Shown here: positions 26,370 to 39,709 of the stretch, in pieces
Layout of the letters: every line of letters starts with the position of its first letter
How positions within the stretch are numbered: position 1 is the first letter of the stretch
Assembly (NCBI GenBank): GCA_028534125.1
Contig: CM052816.1
Coordinates: 36,334,001 to 36,398,000, forward strand
DNA from: Lama glama
Taxonomy: Eukaryota
Direction of reading: 5' to 3'
DNA length: 64,000 bases
Notes under the pieces: generated by a model
The model's input: only the letters and a program-made list of their open reading frames with translations
The model's database searches: none
Told to the model about the DNA's origin: nothing
Program-made: the position numbers and the translations under genes

Positions 26370-27140
26370 TCCAACATTTACAGAGCACTAGCAGGCATTG
26401 TGGAGGCAGGCAAGGAAGATATCTGACATGCATAGCCTTGCCATTAGGTGCTCTGGTACTACTAGGCAGAAAAGACATCAACAGTTTCATTATAACAGGA
26501 TAACAACAGGTTTAGAAATAGACACAGAGTAAGTGTAGCAACACAGTGTTATACAACACAGAAATCCTGGGATTTCAAGGACAATGTTTATGACCGAATC
26601 TTGAAGAATGCAAGGACAATGTTTATGACTGAATCTTGAAGAATGAGTGGGAGGTCATTCTAAGTGAACAGAATAGCACAGAGCTATCAGTAAGGTATGA
26701 ATCAGCCTGGTGTGCTGCAGAACTACAGGCAACTCAATATTTGCTAAACGTTGGCTTTCCAGGGAAAGAAAGGTAGGGAACGGAGGGATTAACAGGCTGT
26801 CATGGGAGGACTTGTTTGTCACACACCTAGGCTCTGACTCTTGGTATCTGAAATATTTTTGTATCTGAAATATTTTTAGAAGGAGACCAATAAGGCAAAA
26901 TTGCATTTTACATTTTGTCAAAAGTAAAGAGATCTGAGTAGGGATAACCTATTGGCAGAGTGACCCAGTCAGGAGGTACAGCAACAACCTGCTGAGAACA
27001 GCTGAAGGCCTGGCCCAGGGGAGCAACGGAAGGACTGCAGAGCAAGGGGCATATGTGAAAGAGATTTAGGAGGTAAATATGTTGATTATTAATCAAATTG
27101 GTCTGTGGTTTAATGATGAGCTTGAGGGGAAGGAAATAAA
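26370..27140 (-). mobile_element. L2 fragment
   Basis: gaatcttgaagaatgagtgggagg...gaacagaatagcacagag...gagatttaggaggtaaat. Contains small tandem duplications. Confidence 0.7.
26576..26645 (+). repeat. 35-bp tandem duplication (2 copies, 1 mismatch)
   Basis: caaggacaatgtttatgac[c/t]gaatcttgaagaatg x2. Confidence 0.95.
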
Positions 27141-27223
27141 TAACTGTATCTGTGTGGCACTGAGAAAGGTAAGGTTGAATACCCCTTCAAAAAGTGTGTG
27201 AATTTGTTTTAGTGGCCTGTGGC

Positions 27224-27640
27224 ATGTTACTCAGTGTGGGCTGTTATGCTGTAGTAAAAACCAAAACTTTCAGTGGCTTAACAGCAAGTTCATTTCTTGC
27301 TCATATCCTGCATGGATTGTGAGCAATCTCTGCTCCACACAGGCACTCAGGGATTCAGGCTGCCACAGAGTACACCCTTTTATATTTGCAGCAACTGACA
27401 TGCAAATGACTTAAGTCATGTCCCAGCAACAGAGGAAGGATAGTCTGGAGACGTATATAGAGACATGTCTCACCTTAGTCAAGAAGTAACACACCTTTCT
27501 TCTGCTGACATTTCTTTGGTCAGAACTAGTGACATGTCCCCATTCAATTTATAATTTATATCATGGAAGCCTGATACATGTAAATCTCCAGTATGCCCAG
27601 AGGTGAAGGAGAACCGAATATTGATGGTAACTAGTGAATT
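27224..27640 (-). mobile_element. MaLR LTR, MLT1K/L-like
   Basis: ttatgctgtagtaaaaacc...tcagtggcttaacagcaagttcatttcttgctca...cactcagggattcaggctg...ttggtcagaactagtgacatg. Confidence 0.8.
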
Positions 27641-27939
27641 ACAGTGAAACCTAAGGTAATGCTAACCTATTCTGATGTGAAGTTATGTACCCTAAGGCAG
27701 GTAAGACTTGTCTGTGGGAAAATATTCACTGAACTCTCTTTGTAATAACTTGCTCTGTTCCAGGCCCTGTGCTAAAACTACACATATTAAAAAAATTCAG
27801 TAATTTAATCCTCATAACCATCCATAATACAATAAAATTAGTGACTTTTTGAACTTTAAGCCTAGGATAGAACTTTCAAGTGATTATTCTGGAATAAACT
27901 ATTTTGCAGATGAAGAGCTGCTATCAAGAAGTATGAAAT

Positions 27940-28166
27940 GAAAAGGCACAAACTCCTACTCATAAACAAGTCCTGGGGTGCGAGTAGAATTTTAAAATTT
28001 TCATCACAAGGGAAAAAACTTGTAACTATGCATGGTGATGGATATTAACTGGACTTATTGTGATTATTTTGCAATATATATATATAGTATATATATTTGT
28101 ATACATAAAATATATACAAAACTAATATAATGTTACGTGCCAATTATACCTCAATTGAAAAAAAAA
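27940..28166 (+). mobile_element. Short L1MA9-like 3' end with A-tail
   Basis: catcacaagggaaaaaacttgtaactatgcatggtgatggatattaact...actaatataatgttacgtgccaattatacctcaattg followed by an A-tail. Confidence 0.85.
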
Positions 28167-30464
28167 CCTGAAAAACAAAGATGTTGGCAGGCTAACAAAT
28201 AAAACTGACCATCCTATGAGCAGGAAACCCAGGCATTTTTATTTATCACAGAGGCTCATACAAAAAAGGACAAAATAAGATAATACGAAAAAAAAAAGTT
28301 AAATGATTAGTCTCAGATAACATAAAAAATGAGTCAGAGAGTTAAGATCAAACTCAGACAGAATTCTAAGTCCACAATTGTTTTTCCTCCATCACACTAT
28401 TCCTCATGTTCCAAGGTTTGGATCCTAAAGATTACATGAAGGCTCTATGGCATTACGTACATACAGCTGGGCAAAATTACCAGTCTAAATCTCTCAGTAG
28501 AGAGTATAAAGAAGTGCTTAAATTATTATACTTTATTCAATATTGATCTAATCTCTATGGCTTACTCAGGAAGACATGACTGGTCATGTAAGTTTTAGAG
28601 ATATCCCAAATGGCAATGCACTATTTGTGTTGAAAACCCTGTGGTTTAGTGGAGTGAGAAAAGGGTGCAGTTTTCCTCTTACTAATCCCATAAATGCTTA
28701 TCAATGAACGCCCTATGATTTGGAGTTATATTTGACACTGACACTGCCAAACTGACTAGTACACATGACTAGGGGAACATATGGCACTCCTCTGGCCAAT
28801 CCTTGTGGCTTACTATGTTGATTTTACCCACGAATTGCCATACCATGGCATTAACTAACTTCCTGATTTAAAATTCTAAACAAAATTGCAAAATGATATG
28901 AATTTTAATTACTAAATGCTACAAGAGATTAATTGTATTAAACTGGCACTTAGGTTGAGATACATGATCACTAATACAAGTGGAGTAAATATAAAAGCTA
29001 GTTTACTTTTCAGTTGCAGAATTTAACAAATACTATATTAAAGTCTACAGGCAAGGAAGAGATTTAATTCACCAGTGATTTATAAAATAGATAAGTAAAA
29101 CCAAAGAAAGGGAGAGATACAGGTTATGAAATTAGACAACAAAGAGCTTTTATGAATGAAGAAATGTTTTTAGAAAAGCATGAGTGAAAGTTAGACTGCA
29201 CTTCCCAAACTTTGGTGCTTACCTCGGAGGAGTATGCAGAGGCTATTTGAAGGTACACGGTTATTATAAACATGGGTGTGTTATGGGTAAAATCAAAGAT
29301 TGCATGACTTTTTATGATATAGCAGGAATTGTAATGGAAGCAGGACACTTAGTCTTCTCTGAGGATACGTGTCATCTCTGCCATTAATAGTAGGATAGCA
29401 AAGAACTCTGAGAAACAGATGGAAAGAATTTCCAAATTGGACCAACATAAATTTTTGGTTTTATCATGTCTTTGGACTTTAGAGTAAAGGACTCAATTTA
29501 TACTTCAGCAGATAAAGAAGAAGGAGAAGACCAAGAATTATTACCTTCCTTTGAACATGAACAGGACAACACTGTAGATAAATGATGACAGGTTACATTC
29601 AGTTACAAAGGTGGCAGAGCATCTAAGAAACTTCTGATTTCATATTAGAGGACAGAGGGTTGGCTGAGCCCTAGGCAACAGTACTCAAGACACCTGTCAC
29701 GATGAGGATCCTAGTTCTGTCTACCCCTGCAGAATCTATGTCTTCCATTCCTCTTGGCATGGATTTGAATTGCATACTGAAACTGTGAAATAGAGAGACA
29801 GATTTAATAATCATTCCACTTAGTAAGTACAGCTGGGGCAGGTAATTAAACAGGTTTTCTCTTGCCAGCAGGCCTAAAGTGATGTAGCTCAGAGTCTTGG
29901 TCACACCACTGGACTGAGATGGAAACTAATATTAAACAGGACTTCTCTAGGCAGGTCCATGTCAGCATTACTGTTCTTAGCAAGCAGAAGTTATTAAAGG
30001 GAACTTGTCAGGCCGCCAGAGGCCTGCCAAATCATCAGTCTCAGGAATATTGGATTTATAGGCTGAAAAAATGAAAAGGAACTAGGCTAATTGAAAAATT
30101 ACTATCATTGTTGTTGAGGTTAGTATTTAATAAAGTATGCTCATTTTGAATCTTTGATATTGTCATGATATGAATACCTAGTGAAACATTGGGGAAATAA
30201 TTCCTCAACTTTTAAAATTCTTACTTTTTTTGACTTATGAAAATACACATTTAATTGATGTGAGACACAGTTGCATAATTGTGTGGAGGCTGAATAGCCA
30301 CCAAACACAGGGAGATGAAAGTTGATTTTAGTTAAATAGCACTTTGTTAGGAAAGGATTTTTTGCTTGTTTGAAAATGGAAAGTCAAAACAGTTTAAACA
30401 TTTTTCATTTAAAAAGGTATCACATATGTCTTCAGTTCAGTTAATAATTTTTCCTATATTTATG

Positions 30465-30755
30465 ATTTCAATTATATATTGCTATATAACAAACTACTCC
30501 AAAATTTACCATCTTAAAATAGTAAACGACTTTATTACACCTCAAAATTTTCAGGGTCAGAAACTTGGTTAGGTGATTCTTCTGCCCCACATTGTGCTGT
30601 CCTGGGTCAATGGCGGTATTTAGCTGATGGCTGGTCTGGTCTAGAGTCCAAGGCAGCTGGTACCTTGCTGGGGACACATGGAAGTTGGGGCCCAGCTGTG
30701 CCTTTTTCTTTCTTTGTGGAATCTCAGGGCCACTCCATAAGGCCATATCAGCATG
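30465..30755 (-). mobile_element. MaLR LTR fragment, MLT1H-like
   Basis: tattgctatataacaaactactccaaaattta...gggtcagaaacttgg...ggtatttagctgatggctggtctggtctagagtccaaggcagct. Confidence 0.75.
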
Positions 30756-32063
30756 TACTGATTAACCACCACTGCAGTTGAGGTATGCTGCTAATTTAGT
30801 GATTGCTGATATCAATGATATATCTAATCCTAATTAGGACAGGGTATCAAAACTAAAAGTATTCTTCACATGTCAAACATAAGTTTCAACAAGTATTCTG
30901 GACAGCTTGTTGACATTTCAATCTTTTCCCACTGTCTGGGAAGGCATCAAACCTAAGTATAGGTTGATTCACTCCATGCTGTGGTTCCATTTCCAAATGG
31001 GTGTGTATGGCGGTACACAGAGAAGGGGCTTGGCTGGAGCAGAATTTTCAATGAATTCCCTATATTATGTGTTTTTGTTTGCTTGCTTTGTGGGGGGAGG
31101 AGGAAGAGGGTAGGAGAATTATAACTTCAGTGGCTTAAATAATGTTGTATTTTTCACCTTAAAATAAATTTTCTTTTATTAAAAATTTTTAAATTGTTAT
31201 AAGACATATAGGAAAATAATCTCCTAATCAGTATGAACTTAAATTGCATGCATCATGCTAAATATAAAACATTTGGGCAGCTGTGTGATATGAGATATCT
31301 ACAATTTAAATGAGATTAGAACAATGCAGAAATAAACAGAATTGGTACTGTTGCCTAAATACTTAAAATAGAATAAAGACATAATCTAAATCTATTACAC
31401 AGATTTAAGAGGAAGCTAAGTTTCAGGGATAGTCACACAATAGTAAGCATTAAAATTAATAATACATTTTAAAAAATTAATTATTTTACTAGATAAAATT
31501 TGTGCATGGCCAAAAATTTATAAAATATATTAAATAGGTTATAGAGAAAAAAGTCTTTCCCTACCCCAGTTCTCTATCCAGCCAAGTCTCACCTCTGCCC
31601 CACAGAGAGCAAATATCAGCAGGTTTCTTTATGTGTGTACAAGCAAATATATGTATTAAGATTTTTCTATTTTCACAAACCTGTAGTGTTTTATACATTC
31701 TATCTAGACGCTGATATTTAACAATAAATCTGTCCATATCCACACATTAAGTGCCTTCCAATTTTTTACAGCTAAATAGTATTGCATTATAAGAATGCAC
31801 CATAATTTAAACAGCTCCCTATTGATGAACATTTGTCTTCAAAAAAAACCTGTTTTATGCAATTAATAACCTAGTACTTATATTATTTAAAACACAAGAA
31901 TATCCATGGAAAATTTTCCAGAAGTAAAATTACCTGGGTCAAAATACATGTATTTGCAATTTTCATAGAGGTAATCAAATTGATCACCATAAAAGCTGTG
32001 AATGTATACTCACTCTGGAAATATATGAGACTGACCTCTACACAGACTTATTAAGTATGAAAC

Positions 32064-32560
32064 TGTAGTAGGGAAGGACAAATCTGACTCCATATTAGAC
32101 CTATTCCTTTAGCTCTAACCCTGTGTGCTCTTTCCTTTGCTTGGTTCTGCACCTTTTGTAAAAGAATGTTGCCTATAGTGCGAAATATACAGGATGGCCC
32201 ATTCTCAAGCCTCTGACCTTTAAGGGTATAACACTTCTCCATCCACATAGAGATAAAAAGTTGCAGAACAGAGAATAATATTTGTCTTGAGGAAGGTTTA
32301 CAGGAACATGACCTGACCTATGTGGACAGCTGCAAGAACAAAGGATTCCAACACTAAGAAGTTTGCAACAACCCTTCCCTTTTTAGTATAAAAGGAGCCT
32401 GAATTCTGATTTGGGTAAGATGGTTCTCTAGGACATAAGTTCCCCAACTTCTTGGTCTGCTGGCTTTCCAAATAAAGTAGTTATTCCTTGCCCTAGAATC
32501 TCGTCTCCCCATTTACTGGCCTGTCGTACAGCGAGCAGAACAAGTTTGGACTCGGTAACA
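32064..32560 (+). mobile_element. ERV1 solo LTR, MER41-like, complete
   Basis: TG...CA termini (tgtagtagggaagg...gactccatattaga; ...gtttggactcggtaaca) and TSD aaac/aaat. TATAAAA at 32387 and AATAAA at 32471. Confidence 0.85.
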
Positions 32561-32871
32561 AAATGGAATTTTATTCTTTTTTCCAAAACGACAGGTTAAA
32601 AAGTGGCATTTCTGTGTCATTAATGTGTATTTCTTTTATTCTCACTGAATTTATGCTTTGATTTTCATGTTTAAAAGAACATTTTCTTTCATGTGAACTG
32701 TATGATCATATCCTTTCATGAAAGATTTCCGAGTTATTGGTTTTTTTCTTATTAATATTTCTTATAGTATTCTTTAATATTAATATTTAAGAAACTTTAT
32801 ATATTAGAGCTGAGACACTTTTGGCCTGATTTAGCAAATATTATTTCTTCATTTTTTGTTTTCCCTTTGAC

Positions 32872-32912
32872 TATATGTATATATATATATATACACACAC
32901 ACACATATATAT
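32872..32912 (+). repeat. (TA)n(CA)n microsatellite
   Basis: tatatgtatatatatatatatacacacacacacatatatat. Confidence 0.9.
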
Positions 32913-33767
32913 GTTTGCCTTACAAAAGTTCTTTACTTTAATGTAGTTAAATATCTTATGTTTAATGACTTCTCAGTTTTGATTTACAGTTAGGCTTTTT
33001 TTCTCCAGTTTTATAAAGTAAATCTCCCAGTCTTCTTCTGGTATCATTTAAATTCTTGTTTTGTTTATAATTTATCTTGGTGTCTGCCATGAGGTATGGA
33101 TACAGCTTACTTTTCTCCAGTTACTCCAATGCCATTTAAATAGGTATCTTTTCCTCACCAAGGTGATATGCTAACTTTATAATCTTTCAAATTTTCATGT
33201 ATATTTATATAGACTTCTGGACACTTTATTGTGGGCCATTGGTCTGTCTATTTACTTATGAGCCAATGCCTCACTCTTTTAATGTTGAAGATTTACTAAC
33301 ATTTATTAAAAATATATCATAAATATATTATTTCATAAGGCTGGTCTTTCTTTTTGACTTTCTTTTTCCTAGAGTTTGCTTGAAACGTTTCTTTGCTTAT
33401 TTTTCTTTTTAAGCATTCTAATTAGTTGTGATTATGATTAATTATTAGTTTGTCTAATTAATATTTACTATTTTCATTTAGGTTGTATCAAATAATTGGT
33501 TGTTATTTGAGTATATGAAAGCTGTTGGTTTCTGAATATTAATTTAATATCCCTTTAGCTTATTGAATTTTTTCTAAGAATTTCCTAGTTTATTCTCTTG
33601 GGTTCTACAGATAAACAATTATATCTCAGCAAATAGTAAAAATTTTATATCCTCTTTCCAAAATGTTTTACCTCCAATTTCTTCCTCTATTTAAACTTAC
33701 TGGCTTGTGAGCTGAGATAGACATATTTTTACCATGAATCTATTGACTTCTATCTCACTTGGTGCTA

Positions 33768-33834
33768 TTAGGTTGAACAATATTTGATTTCTTTTTTCAC
33801 CTGCAAAAATTGCATTCCATATAACTCAACCAAA
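33768..33834. mobile_element. MADE2-like Tc1/mariner MITE
   Basis: ttaggttgaacaatat...cctgcaaaaattgcattccatataactcaaccaaa; degenerate terminal inverted repeats with a 5' TA. Confidence 0.7.
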
Positions 33835-33964
33835 TGTTTACCAAGTATGTTTGCTAAATTTTTTCAAATGTTTTTTATTGTCTGTGGTGGTGATTTACAA
33901 TAAAAACTTTGTGACAATATTTCATATGTCAGGTTGTGAATTGTTTTGCAGAGGAATACAACTC

Positions 33965-34320
33965 AGAGAAGAGAAAGAAGGAATATTGATGTGTTGGTCA
34001 CAATTTTAAATAATGTGACCTGTGAGGATCACTCTTGGGAGGTGATTAAAACTTGAAGGAGGTAAGAGAGTGACCCATATGGATATCGAAAGAAGAATAT
34101 GCTAGGTAGGGGAGGGGAAAGAGCAAGGAAAAAGTCTTTGAGGGACAAGCATGCCTGGAATGCTCTAGGAAAAGAAAGAAGGCCAGGGGACAAAGAGATT
34201 TAGAAATCAGAGGTAATGGAGTGTGAGATCACATAGGGTCTGTAGGCTTTTCAAAGTTTAGCTTTTGCTTGAGTGAGATGGAGAAAGAGCCTTAGAGTAT
34301 ACAGACTGGGAGATGAAGGA
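33965..34320 (-). mobile_element. L2 fragment
   Basis: acttgaaggaggtaagagagtgacccatatggatat...gcatgcctggaatgctctagg...gatcacatagggtctgtaggc...gagtgagatgg. Confidence 0.8.
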
Positions 34321-34936
34321 ATCTGAATATTTTTAATCTTTTGGTAAATTTTGTGATCTTTACTCCATTTTTACAATATTTATGTATTGATTTTGTGCCA
34401 TATCTTTTTTTAGTACATATCACTGAATAAGTTGGATTTTCCTAAACTAGCTATTTGTAGATTATTCCTATGGAAGAGGGATGTGAGAAGATCTTAGGCA
34501 GCATTCCAGACTTTACAACTTGAATCTCTCCTCCTGCTGCCATAGACACAAACCACTTCCTACAAATGTGGCTTCTCTGTGTGTCTTTGTGTACTCCCAC
34601 AACACCCCATGTCTTCTGTTTCTTCTTATCAAGCTTGGTCCAAAGGTTGTGTTCTCTCCTGTTCAAGAGATGTAGCTTTTGCACTTCTGAGTGAGTCCCT
34701 CACCTGCTGTTGATGCTGTCAGAGAACTGCCTGGCCTTCTTACTTTGCTTTCTTTCTTCATGATTTCTAACCATCTAAACTCCTTTTTGGAAGCTTTCAC
34801 ACTTATGATGGAGGCAAGTTTATTATAGCTGCATCCTAATTCTCCTGAAAATTGATGTTACAGAGTAGTGTTCCTTTTCCTTGTTGTTTTGTTGTGATTT
34901 TCAGGAAGACAAAGGGAAACATCCTGACTTAGGTAG

Positions 34937-35352
34937 TGTGGTTTAATTTCATACGTCAACTTGGCTAATGTATGGTGCCCAGTTGCTTGGTTAAATTCTG
35001 TGATATTGCTGTGAATTTTTTTTTTTTAGATCTGATTAACATTTAAATCAGTATATTCTGAATAAAGCAGATTACCCTCCACAGTGTGGGTGGGCCTCAT
35101 CCAATCAGTTGAAAGTCTTAAGAGAAAAGACTGTTTCTCTGAAGAGGAAGGAACTCTGCCATCAGACTGCCTTCAGACTCAAGACTACAACATCAGCTCC
35201 TGCTTCAATTTTCAGCCTGCTGGACTTCCTTACAAATTTTGAACTTGCCAGCCCCTACAACTGGGTGGGCCAATTCCTTAAAATAAATATCACTTTATAC
35301 ATGTTTATACATTCTGTTCATTCTATTTCTCTGGAGGACCCTGACTAATATA
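34937..35352 (+). mobile_element. ERVL solo LTR, MLT2D-like
   Basis: ttaatttcatacgtcaacttggcta...gtgggtgggcctcatccaatcagttgaa...tttctctggaggaccctgactaata. 5-bp TSD ggtag/agtag. Confidence 0.9.
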
Positions 35353-37407
35353 AGTAGCCATATTTGTAATGAAAATTCAATAACTAATTTGATGCAAATA
35401 TTACAGAAATTTTGTAGAGAGATATTATTTAATAATATTTTATATTTATTCAGCCTTTATATAAGATTAAGGTTTTCAAAGGTATATTTATTATGACATG
35501 TATAATTCTATAGGACATTTTTGGAAGTAGTTTATTATGCTGGGTAACTATTTTATTTTCATTCTTGTTGTAGTATTTGAAAAGTATGGTATTAAAGCAG
35601 AAGGTCAAGGAGCTAACATTTTAAGGGATTATCATTTGGGAAGACTACACATATTAGGCATCAATAATTGGCAGATCATAGCCTGAAGATGGAGTGTAAG
35701 TCATCTTTGAGTGGAGACAGGAACATTCTAAATCTCTTTCCTACCTAAGAACATATCTAGTATTTCACAAGGCATTCTTTAACTACTATATATGCATTTG
35801 TAACAAAAATGCATCAAAGAGATGTAGTTTTAAAATAGTAACATTAAATATGAAAGAAACACAGTGATATCATATATTCTAGGTCTCTCCTCCAAAATAC
35901 GTCTTAAGCATTCTTGTCAGGGTTATTAGAGCAGGCTGAGGGTCTTAAATTTAAATATACATTAAGAAAATCCCAAGGGTCATAAGAAAAATATCTAAAC
36001 CTTAGTCATTAAAAATATAAACAGAGTAAATATCTTTTTAAATTGTCATTGTTTTGTGTGATTTTACATTCCTGTTATGCATATAGGCTTTGGCAGTATT
36101 CTAAATAAGTATATAAAACTATAAACAGTAGGTTTTTAACACAGCTTGAATAACTACAACTTAATATCCAATGTGAAAAACAGTATCTAAAGTACAGTTA
36201 ACTATGGGAACACATTTATTCATAGCATATATGAGAAACTTATATTTTCCAAAGGATCTGGGCAAACCAGACACTTAGCAGTTATCAGAATTACCCCACA
36301 GCTTCCTCTTTGAAAGAAAGAACACTTCCTTACATGTTTCCATAAGGCACACTGCTTGGGAAAACTTCATATTCTTGAATGTGTGCTATGTTTTATAACT
36401 CTGGATGGACAAATTATTTGCAGAAGTGTTAGGTTGCCTTACATTTTCACTGGATTATTTATAAAATTCTTGGTGACCATAAAGATTGTATATGCTCCCC
36501 TAACATAACAATTGACTGGTTTATTGATTTAAACCGGAGGTTTCTGAAGACGAACGTATGTGAGAGTGAAAGATTATTAGATATAGGTTTTATACTTGAT
36601 TTTATGTTGTAAAACCTTCAGAATCAAATGTACTCACCACAGAGATGACAGTGTATGGCCTATGATTCACCCACACAAAAAGGGCATCCTATAAAGAGAG
36701 GAAATAAGAAAATAAGCATAAATCACTAATGGTTAGATAAAACATTCAGATATTAGACTAAAATTTGTAGTATGTTGAAATAAGTTTCAAAGGATCTTTG
36801 TTGTATTCTATGTGAGATTTGGCCAAAGATTTTCTAATTTTTATTTTGTTCTTAAACCCATACCAGAGGAAGCATGTGAAAGTCCTTAAATAAATTATGA
36901 GGGTTTCCATTTCAACAACAAAAAAAGAAACAAATTCCTCAAGATGTTTCTTCAAGCCAGATCCATGAGCCAGAAAGTTTGTCAACATTTAAATGTGCTA
37001 TAAAGAATATATAGTGGATTTTAATATCACTTTCTGGCCCACTTAAACGTGTAGCCAACAAAATTTTTTTTTCAGATCTGCTCTGGACCTTATTTTATGT
37101 ATCCCAGGTTGCTCTTATTCCTAGGTGTTATGCTCAAAAATGTTCTTGCTTCAGAGAAGATAATGCTGATTCTTCAAAGGTGTTTATGTTTACACATGCC
37201 AGAGGCTCTTAAACCTATTAGATCAGAAATTACAAGGATACATTTTAACAGTGGCAAGATGCCAATCAAGGAGATTTCTCATTTATTAGTGGAGTGGGCA
37301 TGCATTTAAACATGGGGAGAGCTAGTAGTACGATAACCACTGGCTTATGCTTATCTCAAAGTTCAGTCCTTAAACTATCAAATCTATCAACTGCTTCCAA
37401 CGGCAGG

Positions 37408-37533
37408 AAAATGATGTGTAGAATATGGACTGCCTATTTACTTACTTAATACCAGGTATGACTATGTGGCAAAATGATGTGTAGAATATGGACTGCCTAT
37501 TTACTTACTTAATACCAGGTATGACTATGTGGC
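37408..37533 (+). repeat. 63-bp perfect tandem duplication
   Basis: aaaatgatgtgtagaatatggactgcctatttacttacttaataccaggtatgactatgtggc x2 (37408-37470, 37471-37533). Confidence 0.97.
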
Positions 37534-39369
37534 ATCATGGTGTTCTGAATTTCTCTCAGTCCTGTTCTTCAACATGGTCTCTTTTCTTCTGTTGAGCATC
37601 ATGACACTTCCTTGCTATGCTAATAAACAACTTCCTACCTTCCCTCCTATCTCTGCAATCCTTCTACCCTCCAGCAACAGCTCAGCATGTTTACTGCTTA
37701 ATCACTTCATGCCCAAGAACATGTAGGCTGTACTGAATGAGGCTTGTAATCAAACGATAGAGATCTACTTGATTATCATACACAACAGTAGCCCAATACA
37801 GGATTTTTTCTAATTATCTCCCCTGTGGTGGACATTAACCCCTGTTTGGTTTTCAATTATAACATCTATATGTCTTAGTCTTCAAACATTCCTAAGGGAT
37901 ATAATATCAGAATAACCATGGAGAACTTAGTCAAAGTACCAGACAAGCAGCTCCCTTTGATGACTTCCTTTTCTCTTCATGAAAATTTGGACTATTGTTA
38001 GGAGAGGGGCTGAAGGAACAAAGATGAATCAAATGTATTAGTTTTCAGTTAAATACTAATTCTCAGAATTCTCCCCAGATAATAACAAAAAGGAAATGTC
38101 ATGTTAATTCCTCTTATGTACTTTTCAGATATGCAAGCATCATTCCTTTTCACCAAAATAATGTTCTATATGAGCTTGTTTATTTTCTGCAATCATTAAA
38201 ATTGTGGGGTTTTTTTTAAGTTTAATTTAAGTGACTGTTTTAAGTACATGATTCCTTAGGATTTGAGTCAGACTTTACTATAGTAATATTATATTTAAAA
38301 TAATTGTTATTGAAGTTTTCCCAGGGAAGTCTTCAATTAAATGTTGGTCAATATATATTCAGCATTTTTACAGATAATAACACAGGTCATTTTCCCTAGT
38401 ATTTCACAGTTTTCCTGACAAATTCATAAAAGAGAAGACTGTTTCCTGAAAAATGTTGAATTTGGCAAAAATTAATATTCTTTTCATGTTCTTGGTCCCA
38501 AAAGGAGATACCATGGTGTCATTTCGTTTAAGCGTCAAGTTTTATTGATGATCTTAGTCAGAATTATTCATATTTTGCAGTTTCCTTGCACATGTCATTA
38601 ACAGGGAGCTGCTTCCTTGCTTGTATGAATGTTTGATTTCTTTTTCTAGTTAAATAGTGAACCAAATGCAAAATCTAATACTTAGGGTAATCATGTGAAT
38701 TTATGACCATCACTCAGATGCTGGGCTTTCAGAAATGAAACTGAATAGATCATATTTCTCCATAAATGTAGGTTTTACAGCTGAGATAGATCTAATATTG
38801 ATAATCTCTTTATTTAACTGTTTCAAAATGCCATATGTGACTGAAAGCAACAGAATGGAAGTAACTATGTTTATAGCAAATGTGAAAGGAAATGAAAGTA
38901 AGATATGCAGTAAGCTTCCCGCTGAAGTGAGCATCACATCAGCGCTATAGTGCCGCAGCATTAGGGACAGCAATCAGCAGGGTGAAGGAAGGGACTGAAG
39001 TGCACTCACATGTAGGCTGAGGAAATTAAAATGGGAAAAATACGATGGCTATTTTCAGATGCTCAGAATCTCCTACACAGGATAACTTGAAGATTAAATT
39101 AAAACTAACTTAAAATCAGAGGAAAATACCTGTTGATTTAATCACAACTTTATGTGGTACAAAGTACACTTTACTAGGTCACATTTTCCCAGTATCTGCC
39201 ATTGTCAGATCTGTAGTTTTACAAAACCATGGCTCAAAGTACAACAAAAATTTCAATTTAGGAGACTTTCCTTATTCTAAAATGGATTCTGACTTTGGCT
39301 TTTTCTTAGTTTTACATTCATTCATTTATCCTATGTGGTCTATGCAGGTGAAATTAGTTCAACAGAAAG

Positions 39370-39709
39370 TGCTATGGATTAAATTGCTTCCTGAAACTTC
39401 TATGTTGATGCTCCAACTCCTAATGTGTCTATATTAGGAGTTAAGAATTTTCAAAAGTAATTAAGGATTGAGTCCTAATCACATGGGGTTGGTGGCCTTA
39501 TAAGAAGAGGGAGAACAATCTATCTTTTTCTCCACCATGTGAGGATACAGTGAAGCCAAGAAGAGAGCCCTTATGGTAAACTGACTGTGCTGGCACCCTG
39601 TCCCGATATCGGGCTTTCCAGGCTCCAGAACTTTAAGAAAATAAATTTTTGTTGTTTAAAGCACCCAGTCTATGGTATTTTGTTACAGCAGTCTGACCAG
39701 ACTAAAAGA
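39370..39709 (+). mobile_element. MaLR LTR, MLT1A-like
   Basis: tgctatggattaaattg...ggtggccttataagaagagg...tgctggcaccctg...ctccagaactttaagaaaataaattttt...cccagtctatggtattttgttacagcag. Confidence 0.88.

Larger units (their letters stand above)
31460..33710 (-). mobile_element. Old L1ME-like element, interrupted by an LTR
   Basis: Antisense L1 3' motifs (cataatttaaacagctccctattgatgaacattt; gaagtaaaattacctgggtcaaa; gataaacaattatatctcagcaaatag). Confidence 0.75.

Noticed and set aside
17640..28166. One L1MA9 split in two: the first copy ends at ...tcaaaggta and the 27940 fragment starts at aaaaggcacaaact, adjacent on the consensus
   Set aside because: The 10 kb between them holds older repeats (L2, L1ME, MLT1), so it cannot be a simple insertion. 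The first copy ends with its own AATAAA/A-rich tail, and no shared TSD was found.
37408..37533. CRISPR-like or other prokaryotic repeat arrays
   Set aside because: The repeats are simple two-copy tandem duplications without spacers, in clearly mammalian DNA.
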